Positions 27,961-37,107 of a stretch of 38,462 nucleotides of DNA are shown piece by piece. The stretch is taken from contig JAWOFP010000040.1 of NCBI GenBank assembly GCA_046497485.1, positions 1 to 38,462 of the forward strand, given 5' to 3'. Both the position numbers and the translations under genes were made by a program. Origin of the DNA: Candidatus Nanohaloarchaea archaeon (GTDB taxonomy: Archaea; Nanohalarchaeota; Nanosalinia; Nanosalinales; Nanosalinaceae). Each line of letters begins with the position of its first letter. Positions within the stretch are counted from its first letter, which is position 1. The notes beneath the pieces are model-generated. The model made no database searches. It saw only the letters and a list, made by a program, of their open reading frames with translations, and was not told the DNA's origin.

Positions 27961-29015
27961 AAGAATTTGTTCTGCCTCCAGCACTAGAAAAAGGAGATAA
28001 GATTGCTGTTGTTGGGGTTGGAAATGGACCTACTAACGATTTATTTCCTGAAGTATACGACTTGGGATTAGAGCGGCTAGAAGAAGTTTTTGATCTAGAA
28101 CCTGTTGAATATCCGACAGCCACAATGAGTATGGAGGAGAGAACAGAGAATCCTGAAAAGAGAACAGAGGAATTGATGGAGGCCTTCAGAGATGACGAGA
28201 TAAAAGGAGTAATCGCTCCAATAGGAGGTTCAGGCGAACAGATCAGAATACTCAAGCATCTTGATCCAGAAGTTCTGAAAAATAATCCTACAAGATTTTA
28301 TGGTTACAGCGATAACACCAGTCTCTGCCTTTATCTATGGAAGCATGGAATAGTCAGTTTTCAGGGACCTATGATAATGACTGAAATGGCTATGCAAGGA
28401 GAAATGCATGATTACACTGTAGAACACATTGAGAAAGCATTCTTTGAAGACAAGATTGGAAAAATAGAGGCGTCGGAAGAGTTCACTGACGAAACTTTAG
28501 AATGGGATAATCCTGAAAACCTAGAGAAATATAGAGAGATGGAAGAAAATCCCGGGTTGGAATGGTACAATGCTAACGGAGAAATAATTGAAGGCCGTAT
28601 CTGGGGAGGCTGTCTTGAAGTTGTAGAGATTAACCTTCAAGCAGATAAACCGCTTCCAAATCCAGAAGAATTAGAAGGCAAAATACTGGCTTTAGAGACC
28701 TCTGAAGAAATGCCAGAGGAACATTTTGTTGATCGTTTTATGATGGCTTTGGGAGAAAGAGGCCTACTAGAAAAGTTCTCTGCTATAATAGTTGGAAGAG
28801 CAAAAGCCCGGCATCATGAAGATCCGACACCAGAGGAACGAGATAAGTTCAGGGAAACGCAAAAACAGATAATCAAAAATAAAGTGGATGAATATGCTTC
28901 GGATACTCCTATCATATTTAATCTGAACTTCGGACATGCAGATCCTATTATTCCTTTACCAGTAGGCGGGAAAATCAGGATAGATACAGAAAACGAGGAA
29001 ATTGAACTGAAGTGA
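27957..29015 (+). CDS. S66 family LD-carboxypeptidase / MccF-like peptidase
   Basis: GYSDNT (Ser), LETSEE (Glu), FGHADP (His). Confidence 0.93.
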   Translation: MKEFVLPPALEKGDKIAVVGVGNGPTNDLFPEVYDLGLERLEEVFDLEPVEYPTATMSMEERTENPEKRTEELMEAFRDDEIKGVIAPIGGSGEQIRILKHLDPEVLKNNPTRFYGYSDNTSLCLYLWKHGIVSFQGPMIMTEMAMQGEMHDYTVEHIEKAFFEDKIGKIEASEEFTDETLEWDNPENLEKYREMEENPGLEWYNANGEIIEGRIWGGCLEVVEINLQADKPLPNPEELEGKILALETSEEMPEEHFVDRFMMALGERGLLEKFSAIIVGRAKARHHEDPTPEERDKFRETQKQIIKNKVDEYASDTPIIFNLNFGHADPIIPLPVGGKIRIDTENEEIELK

Positions 29016-29019
29016 TATC

Positions 29020-29757
29020 ATGACTGACGAAACACTGACTGATGAAGAGTTCTGGACAGAGTTCAAAAACCTGCTATTTGCCGAAGAAAAACTTGAATCT
29101 TCTAGAGAAGAGATCGAGAAGATAATTGAGTTAGCCGATTTAGAAGAAGGTTCAAAAGTACTTGATATGCCGTGTGGAGTCGGAAGACACAGCATAGAGC
29201 TCCAGAAAAAAGGCTTTGAGGTAGTTGGAGTTGACAAAACTTCTGAATATATTAAAGACGCAAAGCAGAAAGATGAATCAGACGAGATAGAGTTCGTTCA
29301 GGAAGATATGAAGGATTTCAGGAGGGAACGCAGTTTTGATGTCGTCCTGAATTGGTGGAACTCTTTCGGCTACTTTGAAGATAAAGGAGATGACCGACAG
29401 ATGCTCGAGAATATTTATACTTCTCTCAAGCAAGATGGAGTTTTAGTGATGGATCTATGGAGTAAGGAGTTAGCCGCTATGAACGATTTCTCCCCACACT
29501 GGTCGGAACAAGATGGCATCTACAACTTGGAGGAAGGACGGCCTAAAGATAACTGGAAGAAAGTAGAACGAACTTGGATAAAAGTAGAAGATGGAGAAAC
29601 AGCAGAATATACTTGGGAACAACGGCTTTACGCTGCTTCTGAACTTGAACAAATGCTGAAACAAGTTAGGTTCTCTAAAGTAAACTTCTATGGTAATGTA
29701 GAAGGCGATGATTTTGACGATGAAGCAGACAGACTAATCGTGGTGGCAGAAAAATGA
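29020..29757 (+). CDS. Class I SAM-dependent methyltransferase
   Basis: VLDMPCGVGRHS, NSFGYF. Confidence 0.92.
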   Translation: MTDETLTDEEFWTEFKNLLFAEEKLESSREEIEKIIELADLEEGSKVLDMPCGVGRHSIELQKKGFEVVGVDKTSEYIKDAKQKDESDEIEFVQEDMKDFRRERSFDVVLNWWNSFGYFEDKGDDRQMLENIYTSLKQDGVLVMDLWSKELAAMNDFSPHWSEQDGIYNLEEGRPKDNWKKVERTWIKVEDGETAEYTWEQRLYAASELEQMLKQVRFSKVNFYGNVEGDDFDDEADRLIVVAEK

Positions 29758-30719
29758 GCAGTTTAAGAGAAATTGCTGATGATAGAGGCCTTCAGATAGG
29801 TACCTGTGTTGATTATAGTGTTTGGAAGGATGATGAGGGATATAGAGATCTTATTGCTAAAGAGTTTAATCTTATTACTCCTGAGAGTTGTCTGAGCTGG
29901 AAATATATTCATCCTGAAAAGGACCAATTTGATTTTGAAAAGCCAGATGCATTAATTGATTTCGCTGAGGATAATGATATGACTGTTACAGGTATTCCTC
30001 TGGTCTGGCATATGGAGAACCCTAAATGGCTTGAAAATGGCGACTTCAGTTCGGAAGAACTTGAAGAAATCCTAGAAAACCACATAAAAACCGTTGTAAG
30101 CAGATATTCTGGCAGAATTGATGCCTGGACTGTGATAAATGAAGGGATAAATGACGATGGAGAGCTCAGAGAAAATCTCTGGCTGGAAACCCTCGCTGAA
30201 GACTACATTGAGAAAGCCTTCAGATGGGCCTCCAAGTATTCCAATGCTAAACTGTTCTACAACGAATATGGACTTCCATACGATGATGTGAAAAGAGAAG
30301 GAGTCTATCAGCTCCTGTCAGACCTGTTAGATAAAGGAGTTCCGATAGATGGTATCGGGTTACAGATGCACTTTATAGGAATAAAGGCCCCACCTAGCCA
30401 AGTTGCAGAAACTATTGAAAGGTTCCAAGAACTTGGGTTAGAAGTAAGGCTGACAGAGATGGATGTAGCATATCAAAAGGGGGAAGCACCTGAAAATATG
30501 GATGAGAAACAAGCCAAATGTTACAGAGATATTTTCCAAACTTGTTTAGAAAATGGGATTACAAATCTATCGGTTTGGGGTGTAAGAGACGGCGAATCTT
30601 GGATAAATCATTTCCAGGACTATAATGAGAAATACACTGATAGGCCTTTGCTTTTTGATAAGAATGGAGATAAGAAAAAGTCGTATAGAGAAGTTAAAAA
30701 GGCAATTTCCGAGCATTAA
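29754..30719 (+). CDS. GH10 endo-1,4-beta-xylanase-family glycoside hydrolase
   Basis: EFNLITPE, LVWH, WTVINE (acid/base), LFYNEY, IDGIGLQMH, LTEMD (nucleophile), VWG; no signal peptide. Confidence 0.93.
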   Translation: MSSLREIADDRGLQIGTCVDYSVWKDDEGYRDLIAKEFNLITPESCLSWKYIHPEKDQFDFEKPDALIDFAEDNDMTVTGIPLVWHMENPKWLENGDFSSEELEEILENHIKTVVSRYSGRIDAWTVINEGINDDGELRENLWLETLAEDYIEKAFRWASKYSNAKLFYNEYGLPYDDVKREGVYQLLSDLLDKGVPIDGIGLQMHFIGIKAPPSQVAETIERFQELGLEVRLTEMDVAYQKGEAPENMDEKQAKCYRDIFQTCLENGITNLSVWGVRDGESWINHFQDYNEKYTDRPLLFDKNGDKKKSYREVKKAISEH

Positions 30720-30947
30720 TATGAGAGTGGGAACCTCTTTTCTGAATAAATTGGAAAACATCATGGCGGCCGCTCTGCTTAAACTAGAAAATATCTGGAT
30801 AATTAAATTACTATTCGAATTTCATTAGAATAGGTAGGCCTGAAGTTGGCTAGTATATAAAACATTTGCCTTTTGATTCTCTATTATAAAGAAAAGGTTC
30901 GTTTTTGTGAAGACCTAATTCGATTAAATAAAGAGGTAATAATTTTT

Positions 30948-31634
30948 ATGACACGTGTGAAACAATCTGACGAAATAGTTGCTCCTGGAGATATTCTAGC
31001 TGAAGATGAGAATCTACAGGTAGATTCCGGAGCATTTGAAGAAAATAATAAAATCAAATCAAAGTATCTTGGAACGGTAATGTACTCCAATAATTCAGTT
31101 ATGGTAAGGCCTATGCAGGGCCGCTACATTCCTGAAGAAGGAGATACTGTTATCGGCGAGATCTCTAGAGTAAGTTATTCTCGCTGGACAGTTGATCTAA
31201 AGTCTCCTTACGACGGTAACCTGAATATTGCAGATGCTACAGAGGAGTATGTAGACCTTGATGAAGATGACTTAACTGACTTCTATGATGTAGGAGATGC
31301 AGTTGTTGTCAAAGTCAAAGGAGTTACAGAGTCCATGGATGTCGATCTGACTATGAAGGATGATCGATGTAAGAAGCTTAAAGGAGGCCGTGTAGTTGAG
31401 ATCCCTCCAAGCAAGGTTCCAAGAGTTATCGGTAAGAAAGGCACGATGGTCAAGCAGATCAACGCAGCCACTAACTGTAACATAATTGTAGGCCAGAATG
31501 GATTAATCTGGATTGACGGCGACAACGCAAATCTAGCCGCGAAAGCTGTCAAGAAAGTAGAGAAACAAGCCCACGAAGATGGCTTGACTGATAAAATCGG
31601 AGAATGGCTTGAAGAACAGACAGGAGGTCAATAA
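30948..31634 (+). CDS. rrp4: Exosome RNA-binding subunit Rrp4
   Basis: YIPEEGDTVIG S1 domain, KVPRVIGKKG KH domain, VGQNGLIWI; SD GAGGT before ATG 30948. Confidence 0.96.
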   Translation: MTRVKQSDEIVAPGDILAEDENLQVDSGAFEENNKIKSKYLGTVMYSNNSVMVRPMQGRYIPEEGDTVIGEISRVSYSRWTVDLKSPYDGNLNIADATEEYVDLDEDDLTDFYDVGDAVVVKVKGVTESMDVDLTMKDDRCKKLKGGRVVEIPPSKVPRVIGKKGTMVKQINAATNCNIIVGQNGLIWIDGDNANLAAKAVKKVEKQAHEDGLTDKIGEWLEEQTGGQ

Positions 31635-31635
31635 A

Positions 31636-32358
31636 ATGGAAAATACAGAAGTTGAATGGGTAGACGAGAACGGAGAAAGAGTCGACGGAAGAACAGTCGA
31701 TGAACTCAGAGAAACCAGTATGGAGATCGGAGTACTGACTGAAGCAGACGGATCAGCAATGGTAGAAGTAGGAAACACCAGAATCGTCGCATCAGTATTC
31801 GGACCTCAAGACCTGCACCCAAAACACCTGCAGGAATCAGATCGTGCAGTAATCAAGATGCGTTACAACATGGCTCCTTTCTCAGTAGATGACAGAATGA
31901 GACCGGGACCAAACAGAAGAGCAAAAGAAATAGGCCTAGTAGCTAAGAGAGCTTTAGAACCGGCGATTGAGCTGGAGAAGTTCCCGACTGCAGGAATCGA
32001 TATTTCAATGGAAGTAATTGAGTCAGACGGAGGAACAAGAGCAGCAGGAATCACAGCCGCTTCACTAGCACTAGCAGACGCAGGAATGCCTATGAAAGGC
32101 CTAGTAAGTGCTTGTGCCGCAGGAGTAGTCGGCGACCATGTAGTACTTGATGTCAACGGAAAAGAAGACAAGGAAGGAAACGCAGATATTCCGATCGCAA
32201 CCATTAACGGCGGAGAAGAAATTACACTTCTCCAGATGGACGGAGATCTGACAATCGATCAAGTCGATGAATGTGTCGAACTTGCGAAGGAAGGATGCGC
32301 TGATCTTGATAGGATGCAGCGTGAAACCATCCAGGAAACATATGGAGGTGAAGAATAA
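31636..32358 (+). CDS. rrp41: Exosome exonuclease Rrp41
   Basis: RVDGR, ADGSA, YNMAPFS, SDGGTR. Confidence 0.97.
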   Translation: MENTEVEWVDENGERVDGRTVDELRETSMEIGVLTEADGSAMVEVGNTRIVASVFGPQDLHPKHLQESDRAVIKMRYNMAPFSVDDRMRPGPNRRAKEIGLVAKRALEPAIELEKFPTAGIDISMEVIESDGGTRAAGITAASLALADAGMPMKGLVSACAAGVVGDHVVLDVNGKEDKEGNADIPIATINGGEEITLLQMDGDLTIDQVDECVELAKEGCADLDRMQRETIQETYGGEE

Positions 32359-33137
32359 TGAAATTGAATACAGAGACAATCAAAGAAATGGCTTCAAACA
32401 ACGAAAGATTAGACGATAGAAATCTTGATGAGTACCGAGATGTTTCAGTCGAGACAGATTACATCCCGACTACAGCTCAAGGATCAGCAAGAGTAAGAAT
32501 CGGAGATACCGATGTAATAGTCGGAATCAGCTTCGATGTCGAATCTCCTTACGATGACAGGCCTAACGCAGGAACCATCGTGACAAACGCTGAGCTTGCT
32601 CCTATGGCAGACAGAGAATATGAGTCCGGTCCTCCGCAGGAGATAGGTGTAGAACTTGCAAGAGTTGTAGATCGTGGAATCAGAGAGTCAGAAGCAATCG
32701 ACCTTGAGTCCTTATGCATTGAGGAAGGCGAGAAAGTTTACGCTACTTTCATCGATGTTCACATTTTGAACAACGATGGAAACCTATTAGATGCTGCAGC
32801 TCTTGGAGCTATTGCAGCGCTGACTTCAGGTTATCTTCCAGAGTACGACGCTGAGGAAGATGAGCTGAATTACGATGAAGCTGCTGGAGATATTCCAATG
32901 ACCAAGATTCCTGTAACAGCTACAGGGAGAAAGATTGGTGACACGCTTCTATGGGATACCACAAGTGAAGAGGAAGAGGCATTAGGCGCCCGTCTGACCG
33001 TGACTCTGACTGAAGAAGGCCAGGTAGTTGCTATGCAGAAGGGAGGCCGCGAGCCTTTGACCCAAGAAGAGATCTACCATATCATGGAAGATGCTCAAAA
33101 TCAGACACAGCAGTTCCGAGAACTGTTGGAGGAATAA
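32358..33137 (+). CDS. rrp42: Exosome subunit Rrp42
   Basis: GSARVRIGDT, ELARVVDRGIRES, DGNLLDA. Confidence 0.97.
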   Translation: MKLNTETIKEMASNNERLDDRNLDEYRDVSVETDYIPTTAQGSARVRIGDTDVIVGISFDVESPYDDRPNAGTIVTNAELAPMADREYESGPPQEIGVELARVVDRGIRESEAIDLESLCIEEGEKVYATFIDVHILNNDGNLLDAAALGAIAALTSGYLPEYDAEEDELNYDEAAGDIPMTKIPVTATGRKIGDTLLWDTTSEEEEALGARLTVTLTEEGQVVAMQKGGREPLTQEEIYHIMEDAQNQTQQFRELLEE

Positions 33138-33181
33138 AAAAGTTTCCTCCCACTTTTTCTTTTAAGAGGTAATCAAAAATT

Positions 33182-33463
33182 ATGGGAAGTTCAAAGCGTT
33201 TCGGCTCCAGATACGGAAATAGAATTAGGAAAAACGTAGATGAAGCTGAAGACAGAACGGAAGAAGAATGTCCTGAATGCGAAGGAGATGTAGAGAGAAA
33301 TGCTGCAGGAATCTGGACATGTGAGGAATGCGGTAAGAAATTCGCAGGTGGAGCATACAAAGCAGATACAGGAGCAACACAACTAATGAACAAAGCGCTT
33401 CAAACAGAAGTTGAAGCAGAAGAACTCGAAGCTGCAAAAGAACAGCTAGGAGTTGATGAATAA
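33182..33463 (+). CDS. rpl37ae: 50S ribosomal protein eL43 (L37Ae)
   Basis: RFGSRYG, CPEC, GIWTCEECGKKFAGGAY. Confidence 0.95.
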   Translation: MGSSKRFGSRYGNRIRKNVDEAEDRTEEECPECEGDVERNAAGIWTCEECGKKFAGGAYKADTGATQLMNKALQTEVEAEELEAAKEQLGVDE

Positions 33464-33601
33464 ATGAGCTATGTATGCGTTAAATGTGAGGAAGAAGTAG
33501 AGCTTGATCCTGTAGAGGAGAAAGTAATCTGTCCTAAATGCAGTCACAGAGTCCTTATGAAGAAAAGACCTGAGACTCCAGACACAGTAAAAGCAGTTTA
33601 G
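33464..33601 (+). CDS. rpoP: RNA polymerase subunit P (Rpo12)
   Basis: Manual translation MSYVCVKCEEEVELDPVEEKVICPKCSHRVLMKKRPETPDTVKAV; canonical position after L37Ae. Confidence 0.92.
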   Translation: MSYVCVKCEEEVELDPVEEKVICPKCSHRVLMKKRPETPDTVKAV

Positions 33602-33610
33602 TGACTCAAG

Positions 33611-33820
33611 ATGAAGGCCTCACTCCAGTTTGACACAGATAATCCAAAAGAACTGGAAGATGCAGTAGGCTTGAGTCTAGAAAGCTCGGATAAAGTAAAG
33701 TATAAGTACAGTTCAGAACATAATTTTAGAGTTGAAATAGAAACAAATCGGCTAGGAAGTTTGAGAGGCGCCACCGATTCTGTATTCAGATTAGTCAGCC
33801 TCTCAGAGCGTTTAAGGTGA
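33611..33820 (+). CDS. pcc1: KEOPS subunit Pcc1
   Basis: Size, SLRGATDSVFRLV motif and synteny between rpoP and prefoldin beta. Confidence 0.75.
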   Translation: MKASLQFDTDNPKELEDAVGLSLESSDKVKYKYSSEHNFRVEIETNRLGSLRGATDSVFRLVSLSERLR

Positions 33821-33827
33821 TCAAATA

Positions 33828-34154
33828 ATGGAAGATGCACAACAAGCTATGATGGAAATGCAAGAGGTACAGCAAAATCTACAGCAGGTAGTTCAGCAAA
33901 GCCAAGAAACAGAGAATGAACTGAATGGAATTAGAAAGGCCTTAGAAGAATTAGAAGGAGAAAATGAGGGCCAGGTCTACCGCGCTGTCGGAGACTTAAT
34001 GGTTGCAAGAGACCGTGACTCTCTAGAAGAAGAGCTTTCCGAGAAGAAAGAAGACCTTCAGGTACGGCTGAAAAGCCTAGAGAAAAAAGAGGACAAGTTA
34101 AGAGAGAAGCTTCAGAAAACTCAGGAAAAGATCACCCAAGGAATGCAGGGATAA
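33828..34154 (+). CDS. pfdB: Prefoldin beta subunit
   Basis: Coiled coils flanking VYRAVGDLMV. Confidence 0.93.
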   Translation: MEDAQQAMMEMQEVQQNLQQVVQQSQETENELNGIRKALEELEGENEGQVYRAVGDLMVARDRDSLEEELSEKKEDLQVRLKSLEKKEDKLREKLQKTQEKITQGMQG

Positions 34155-34156
34155 CC

Positions 34157-34399
34157 ATGAGTGTGGAACAGGTCTCAGATATGATGACTGAGATAGCGGA
34201 GAAGGATTCGATTCCTTCCAATGTCTCCGAAATGTTAGAAGAAGCCTCAGATGAACTTCAGGATGAAGACAAAGATCTTTCTGTAAGAGTTAATGCAGCG
34301 TCATCCATCCTTGATCAAATCAGTAATGACCCTAATATCAGGCAGCATACCAGGACTGAGATCTGGAACTTAGCATCAAAAGTTGAAAGCTTAGACTAA
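34157..34399 (+). CDS. UPF0147 family protein
   Basis: IPSNV, ISNDPNIRQHTRTEIWN. Confidence 0.9.
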   Translation: MSVEQVSDMMTEIAEKDSIPSNVSEMLEEASDELQDEDKDLSVRVNAASSILDQISNDPNIRQHTRTEIWNLASKVESLD

Positions 34400-34448
34400 A
34401 AAGCTATAAAAAAACCTGATACGGACTATTACCTAGAGGTAATCAAAA

Positions 34449-34817
34449 GTGGCACTAGGCTTCCTGAACAAGAAAGAGAATAATTCTGAAGAAACTGTAA
34501 TTGAAGACGATTTCGTTGAGCTGGACGCAAAGACTACAAATGAGAACAAGAAAGTTGTAGTTAGAGCAGAAACACTCCGCGAATTTGACGATGTGGAGGA
34601 CGTCCAGAATAGATTAAGAGATAATCAAATTGTCTGGGTGAATATCAAGCCACTGAAGCAGAAGGACATGTCCAAGTTGAAGAGAGCAGTTAAGAGACTG
34701 AAGAAGACTGTCCGATCAGTAGATGGGGACATCGCTGGAGTGGATGAAGACTGGATTGTAATCACTCCAAGTTATGCTGAGATCGAGAGAACAGGAGACG
34801 AAATCAGCGACAAATAA
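34449..34817 (+). CDS. sepF: Cell division protein SepF
   Basis: IVWVNIKPL, VDGDIAGV, IVITP. Confidence 0.88.
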   Translation: MALGFLNKKENNSEETVIEDDFVELDAKTTNENKKVVVRAETLREFDDVEDVQNRLRDNQIVWVNIKPLKQKDMSKLKRAVKRLKKTVRSVDGDIAGVDEDWIVITPSYAEIERTGDEISDK

Positions 34818-34828
34818 CTCATTTCTTA

Positions 34829-35074
34829 CTATTTCTCATCGGGGAAGTGGAACTCGAAACCTACTGCTTCTGAGGCCTGTTCCATTTTCTCTTCAAGGTA
34901 CTCTATCCTAGACCTGACATCTCCTACACCTAGCTTCACAAACTTCTGAACACAATTTTTGCAGTAAACTTTTCCATCCCATCGAATAGCTTTCCCTGGA
35001 ACATCTTCAGGCTCCTCTCCTGAACCAAAGTCTATCACGGTTCCGCATTCTGAACATCTTAAACTGTATACCAT
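34829..35074 (-). CDS. Small zinc-binding protein with C-terminal helix
   Basis: CSECG...YCKNC. Confidence 0.7.
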   Translation of the reverse strand: MVYSLRCSECGTVIDFGSGEEPEDVPGKAIRWDGKVYCKNCVQKFVKLGVGDVRSRIEYLEEKMEQASEAVGFEFHFPDEK

Positions 35075-35089
35075 ACAGAGATATTTGAG

Positions 35090-36469
35090 TTACTCTGACT
35101 TTAACCTTTCGAAAGTATACGCAATGTTCAGTAGCTTTTCCTCACCAAAGTGAGGGCCTAAAAACTGGAGGCCTGTCGGCATACCTTCACTTTTTCCGTT
35201 TGGAATAGATACCTGTGGGACTCCTGCAAGGTTTGGTCCGACTGTCATTGAATCCATAGCATACATCTCTGCAGGAGTCAAACTTTCGGCCTCCTCGATT
35301 TTTGGAGCGATATTCGGCATCGAAGGAGTAACCAGTACATCGTACTCCTCAAAGGCCTCCTTGAATTCTTCAATTATCTTGGTCCTGACTTTAGCTGCCT
35401 TGATGTAGTACTGGTCTCTGTAACCTGCTTTTCTGATATAGGTTCCAAGAAGAATCCTCCTCTTTACTTCATCTCCAAAGGCCTCGCTTCTAACTTCTGA
35501 GAAGTATTCATTGAAGTCTTCAAACTCTTCTGGATCTTTCTCAAATCCATACCTCATTCCTGACATCTTTGCTAGATTGGTTGAGGCCTCAGCCATAGCT
35601 AGTATATAGTATGCTGGAAGTGTGACATCTGCGGAAAGAAGCGGTGCATCAAAGTACTCTACTTGACCTACTTCTTCAAGCATTTCCAATGAGTCCTCAA
35701 AGTTTTCCTTTACTCCTTCCTGGATTCCATTGATTTCTGCCATCTGTCGAGGAACTCCAATCTTCAAATTCTTTCTCTCATTCAGATCGGAGTACGCTGA
35801 TACAGGCCTTTCTGAAGTTGTTTGATCGTTTTCGTCTTCTCCAGCTATTATTTCTAGGCCTTTGGCTGCGCCGAATACTTTTTTTGATAGAACGCCGATC
35901 TTGTCCAGTGAGTTTGCGTAATCTACTAGACCATAACGAGATACTCGGCCATAAGTAGGGGTTACGCCGACAACTCCGTTGTATGCCGCAGGGTTTGTTA
36001 TTGATCCGCCTGTGGACTCTCCTATCGAGATCACAGGATAATCGAGTGCTGCCACAGCTGCTCCGGCTCCTCCTGAGGAACCTCCAACTACACGAGAATT
36101 ATCATGAGGGTTCTTAGGGGTTTCAAATGCACAGTTTGTGGAGAAAGTTCCAAAACCAAACTCATCCATGTTAGTCTTTCCAAAGAACTGTCCTCCAGAT
36201 TCTTTCAGTCTTTCAACTACTGTCGCATCAAATACAGGCCTGTAATCTTCTAGCATCTTGCTTCCTGCAGAAGTAACTGTTCCTTCTGTACAGATAGCAT
36301 CTTTAACTAGGAACGGGATACTTTCGAGCTCTCCTTCATTTTCTTCCCCTTCTTCAATTTCTCTCATGAAGTTGAGGCCTTGATTCTTCTCCTTCAACTC
36401 TTCCAAAAATTCTTTGTTTGAGTATTTTTCCCTGTTCTGCAGAAAGTCTTTAACTGTGCCTTCTTCCAT
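35090..36469 (-). CDS. gatA: Glu/Asp-tRNA amidotransferase subunit A
   Basis: GKTNMDEF, GGSSGG, PTYGRVSRYGL, EVKRRILLGTY. Confidence 0.95.
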   Translation of the reverse strand: MEEGTVKDFLQNREKYSNKEFLEELKEKNQGLNFMREIEEGEENEGELESIPFLVKDAICTEGTVTSAGSKMLEDYRPVFDATVVERLKESGGQFFGKTNMDEFGFGTFSTNCAFETPKNPHDNSRVVGGSSGGAGAAVAALDYPVISIGESTGGSITNPAAYNGVVGVTPTYGRVSRYGLVDYANSLDKIGVLSKKVFGAAKGLEIIAGEDENDQTTSERPVSAYSDLNERKNLKIGVPRQMAEINGIQEGVKENFEDSLEMLEEVGQVEYFDAPLLSADVTLPAYYILAMAEASTNLAKMSGMRYGFEKDPEEFEDFNEYFSEVRSEAFGDEVKRRILLGTYIRKAGYRDQYYIKAAKVRTKIIEEFKEAFEEYDVLVTPSMPNIAPKIEEAESLTPAEMYAMDSMTVGPNLAGVPQVSIPNGKSEGMPTGLQFLGPHFGEEKLLNIAYTFERLKSE

Positions 36470-36498
36470 AATTCTTCTCCTCTAATTTAATTATCGAT

Positions 36499-36765
36499 TT
36501 ATGCTGAAGGGCCTTTGAAGAAGCTGTCTTCAACATTTTCAGTGTTTTCAAATGGGTTATCAATAGACTCTTCAACTTCATCTTTCCGAGTCTCGGACTT
36601 TACTTCTACAGGATGGAACGATGGTTCAGTATCAGAAGTATCGATCTCATCCAGTGTTTCAAACATTTCAAGTATCTCATTAAAGTCCTTTTCTAGGCCT
36701 TCTACCTCATCTTCATCAAGTTTTATCCTTGAGTTTTCTGCGACCTTTCTGATTTCCTCTTTCAT
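36499..36765 (-). CDS. gatC: Glu/Asp-tRNA amidotransferase subunit C
   Basis: Typical GatC pattern; directly upstream of gatA. Confidence 0.9.
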   Translation of the reverse strand: MKEEIRKVAENSRIKLDEDEVEGLEKDFNEILEMFETLDEIDTSDTEPSFHPVEVKSETRKDEVEESIDNPFENTENVEDSFFKGPSA

Positions 36766-36854
36766 AGATAACTGTTGGAATAGAATGTTTTTTAGGTTTG
36801 AATGATGTTAGAAAATCAGGTCAGTGAACAGTTATGAACGGTTCAACAATAAGG

Positions 36855-36862
36855 TTTATAAA
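36855..36862 (+). promoter_or_regulatory. TATA box upstream of the hairpin array
   Basis: TTTATAAA. Confidence 0.55.
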
Positions 36863-36884
36863 GCGGCGTAGAAAATGTTAGTAT

Positions 36885-37060
36885 AGTAAGAACTACATTT
36901 GTTCGCTTGGGCGCGAACGATTCAGATCGAACTTGACTCGCGGGCACGAGATCAGGTTCATGCGACATATCGAATCGAACTTTGGGCAAAGTTCGAACAA
37001 GTATCATGTGTTGAAAGTCTTGGGCAAGACTTCAAGTTATTCTAAGGTAGAATTACCTAC
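36885..37060 (+). ncRNA. Multi-hairpin element with four GGGC-capped stems (candidate ncRNA or ftsZ leader)
   Basis: Hairpins at 36899-36920, 36929-36959, 36975-36996 and 37011-37035, plus a fifth at 37045-37058; G-U pairs on the + strand. Confidence 0.6.
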
Positions 37061-37065
37061 GCCGA

Positions 37066-37073
37066 TTTAAAAA
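37066..37073 (+). promoter_or_regulatory. TATA box proximal to ftsZ
   Basis: TTTAAAAA about 35 nt before the ATG. Confidence 0.5.
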
Positions 37074-37107
37074 GGTTAGGTATATCGATACACGGGAGAA
37101 AAGTATA

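Noticed and set aside
30948..33137. Exosome in an extreme halophile
   Set aside because: Halobacteria lack it, but it is ordinary for most other archaea; used only as taxonomic support
36899..37035. Regularly spaced palindromes as a CRISPR array
   Set aside because: The units share only the loop word; there are no identical direct repeats or spacers and no cas genes in the window
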